Virus record (IMG/VR): IMGVR_UViG_3300050821_006637
Span: 1-64,000 of that record
Source: a virus
Direction: 5' to 3' (one strand)
DNA: 64,000 nt
The notes under the pieces were generated by a model. It did not search any database. It saw nothing but the letters and a program-made list of their open reading frames with translations, and had not been told where the DNA came from. Shown here piece after piece: positions 62,547 to 64,000 of the stretch. Position 1 is the stretch's first letter, and each line of letters opens with the position of its first letter. A program made the translations under genes and the position numbers.

Positions 62547-64000
62547 ATGTTAATCGGTCCCTTTCAACTACTTTCCGGCTCTGTACAGAGTGGCAATACA
62601 GGGAATTCTGCCATTCTGTCGGGGAATCTCGGCAGTGGGCAGATAGGAAGTTTCCATCTGGCCAACGGAGCCGTATTGAGTGGAGATGTTGGACTCTTAG
62701 CTATCTCCAGTGGGAATCTCGGCACCCAAATCATCGGTGTCGTCCACATCCAATCTGGGGGACTAGGAAGCGGAGCACTCGCTTCCGGTGCTATCACCCC
62801 ACTCCTCTTTAGTGGACTAATCGTCAATCAATCGGGTTCCATCACGTCGGGACTCCTTGCTACGGCGAGTACGACAGCAGCAGTGGCGAGTGGAAACATT
62901 GCTAGTGGCTCTGTCGGTGCCGTACACTTCGCTAGTGGCATCAATTTCCTCTCTTCAGGGAGTGTGATAAGTGGCTACCTGGGTTCAGGCTCCGTCAACA
63001 GCGGAGCCATATCAAGTGGCATCATCGCTTGGTTTAACTTGTCCTCTGGAGCCGTTCGTTCAGGCAATCTGGCTCAAGGCTCCGTCTACAGCGGAATTTA
63101 TGCCCCTGCCAGCATCGGTACTATTCATGTTATCAGCGGAGGATTCCTGTCCGGGGCATATGGAAGCGGACAAGTCGGTCCGTTCATCCTTTCGTCAGGG
63201 GCGGTACAATCGGGCAATATCAGCAATAATGCCGTTCTGTCAGGGAACATCCAGGCTGGTCAGATATCTACGCAACATATCCAATCAGGTGGCTTTGCGA
63301 GTGGAGCGTTAGCGAGTGGAACTTTACTCGCCAATCAATTCGGTTCTGGGATTACTTTCGTCGGCAGTGGGTCGGTAGGCAGTGGAAGTTTAGCTTTCAA
63401 TTCGGTGTTATCTGGGAATATTGCCAGTGGGCAGATAGGTTCTTTCCATCTGGCGAATTTCTCTGTTCAAAGTGGAGACATAGCAAGTGGAGCAGTTACA
63501 TCGTTTGGGATTGCATCTGGTCAAATTTCTACTCTTCTGGTTGTTAGTGGTGGCTTCGGTTCTTCAGCGTATGGCAGTGGGTCGGTCGGGCGGTTCACAC
63601 TGGCACCTCTTTCGGTTTGGTCGGGGGCTCTTGGCTCTGGGTCCGTTACCTCCGGTATTATTGCCAGCGGTTCACTCGGCTTATCCCAAATTGTTAGCGG
63701 GGGTATCGGTAGCGGGTTACTATCTTCCGGAAGCGTCGGAAGTATCTTCCTGGGTGTCGGAGCTGTTCTATCAGGAAATGTTGGCTCAGGTGCAATTACA
63801 AATTTCCAAATCGCTTCAGGAACGATTGGAACGCTTTCCATCGTTAGTGGAGGACTCGGCAGTGGTTCCATCGCTAGTGGAACACTAACAGCTTTCAACT
63901 TCGCCAGTGGAGCCACCTTCCTCTCAGGCTCCATCGGTCCTGCTCAACTCTCCAGTGGTTCCGTCGGTAGCGGCGTCGTCGCCTCTGGTGCAATCCAAGG
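62547..64000 (+). CDS. Ser-Gly-rich 5/10-residue repeat fibre-like protein; partial, absent from the ORF track because no stop lies in the window
   Basis: Hand translation MLIGPFQLLSGSVQSGNTGNSAILSGNLGSGQIGSFHLANGAVLSGDVG...; the same frame reads SVGSGVVASGAIQ at the window end. Confidence 0.85.
   Translation, partial: MLIGPFQLLSGSVQSGNTGNSAILSGNLGSGQIGSFHLANGAVLSGDVGLLAISSGNLGTQIIGVVHIQSGGLGSGALASGAITPLLFSGLIVNQSGSITSGLLATASTTAAVASGNIASGSVGAVHFASGINFLSSGSVISGYLGSGSVNSGAISSGIIAWFNLSSGAVRSGNLAQGSVYSGIYAPASIGTIHVISGGFLSGAYGSGQVGPFILSSGAVQSGNISNNAVLSGNIQAGQISTQHIQSGGFASGALASGTLLANQFGSGITFVGSGSVGSGSLAFNSVLSGNIASGQIGSFHLANFSVQSGDIASGAVTSFGIASGQISTLLVVSGGFGSSAYGSGSVGRFTLAPLSVWSGALGSGSVTSGIIASGSLGLSQIVSGGIGSGLLSSGSVGSIFLGVGAVLSGNVGSGAITNFQIASGTIGTLSIVSGGLGSGSIASGTLTAFNFASGATFLSGSIGPAQLSSGSVGSGVVASGAIQ

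Noticed and set aside
62489-63934. Short track ORFs in the last 1.5 kb
   Set aside because: Alternate frames of the long SG-repeat gene that starts at 62547.
1-64000. Stop-codon reassignment
   Set aside because: TAG, TGA and TAA all end genes flush with the next start, and long ORFs are intact in the standard code.
1-64000. CRISPR array or diversity-generating retroelement
   Set aside because: No regularly spaced repeats and no reverse transcriptase were seen; repeats are in-frame protein repeats, and paralog differences are not adenine-specific.

Overview
A 64-kb segment of a large tailed dsDNA phage (HK97-fold head). Genes are densely packed and almost all on the + strand, the standard genetic code fits, and the host cannot be determined from this window. 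Order: (i) 1-12.5 kb, virion-type proteins, including a G8/beta-helix protein, a second beta-helix protein and Ser-Gly-rich proteins; (ii) 9.6-36.9 kb, a dispersed glycan-building kit (five glycosyltransferases, one with a LAGLIDADG intein; an NDP-sugar dehydrogenase with a mini-intein; a B12 radical SAM enzyme; FkbM and triple-domain methyltransferases) mixed with about 35 small ORFs, a GroES homolog, a secreted trypsin-like protease and an anticodon-less tRNA-like RNA; (iii) 30-47.7 kb, giant multidomain proteins (C39 peptidase, HAD, 2H phosphoesterase, ART, HiPIP-like, GNAT, two HipA/PI3-4-kinase-like domains), with a small immunity-like gene after each kinase; (iv) 48-64 kb, the head module: a 1947-aa prohead protease, the major capsid protein, three paralogous decoration-like proteins, head-tail adaptor and closure proteins, three free-standing homing endonucleases and a Ser-Gly repeat fibre protein running off the end. 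Two candidate systems stand out, both inferred. (1) Effector polyproteins whose domains are separated by the same K|(S/A/G/D)-hydrophobic motif seen at the capsid delta-domain junction, suggesting head-packaged cargo cut into separate effectors by the maturation protease. (2) Virion glycosylation possibly aimed at Ser-Gly sequons that are strongly enriched in several unrelated structural proteins. All domain calls come from motif recognition by eye; no searches were run.
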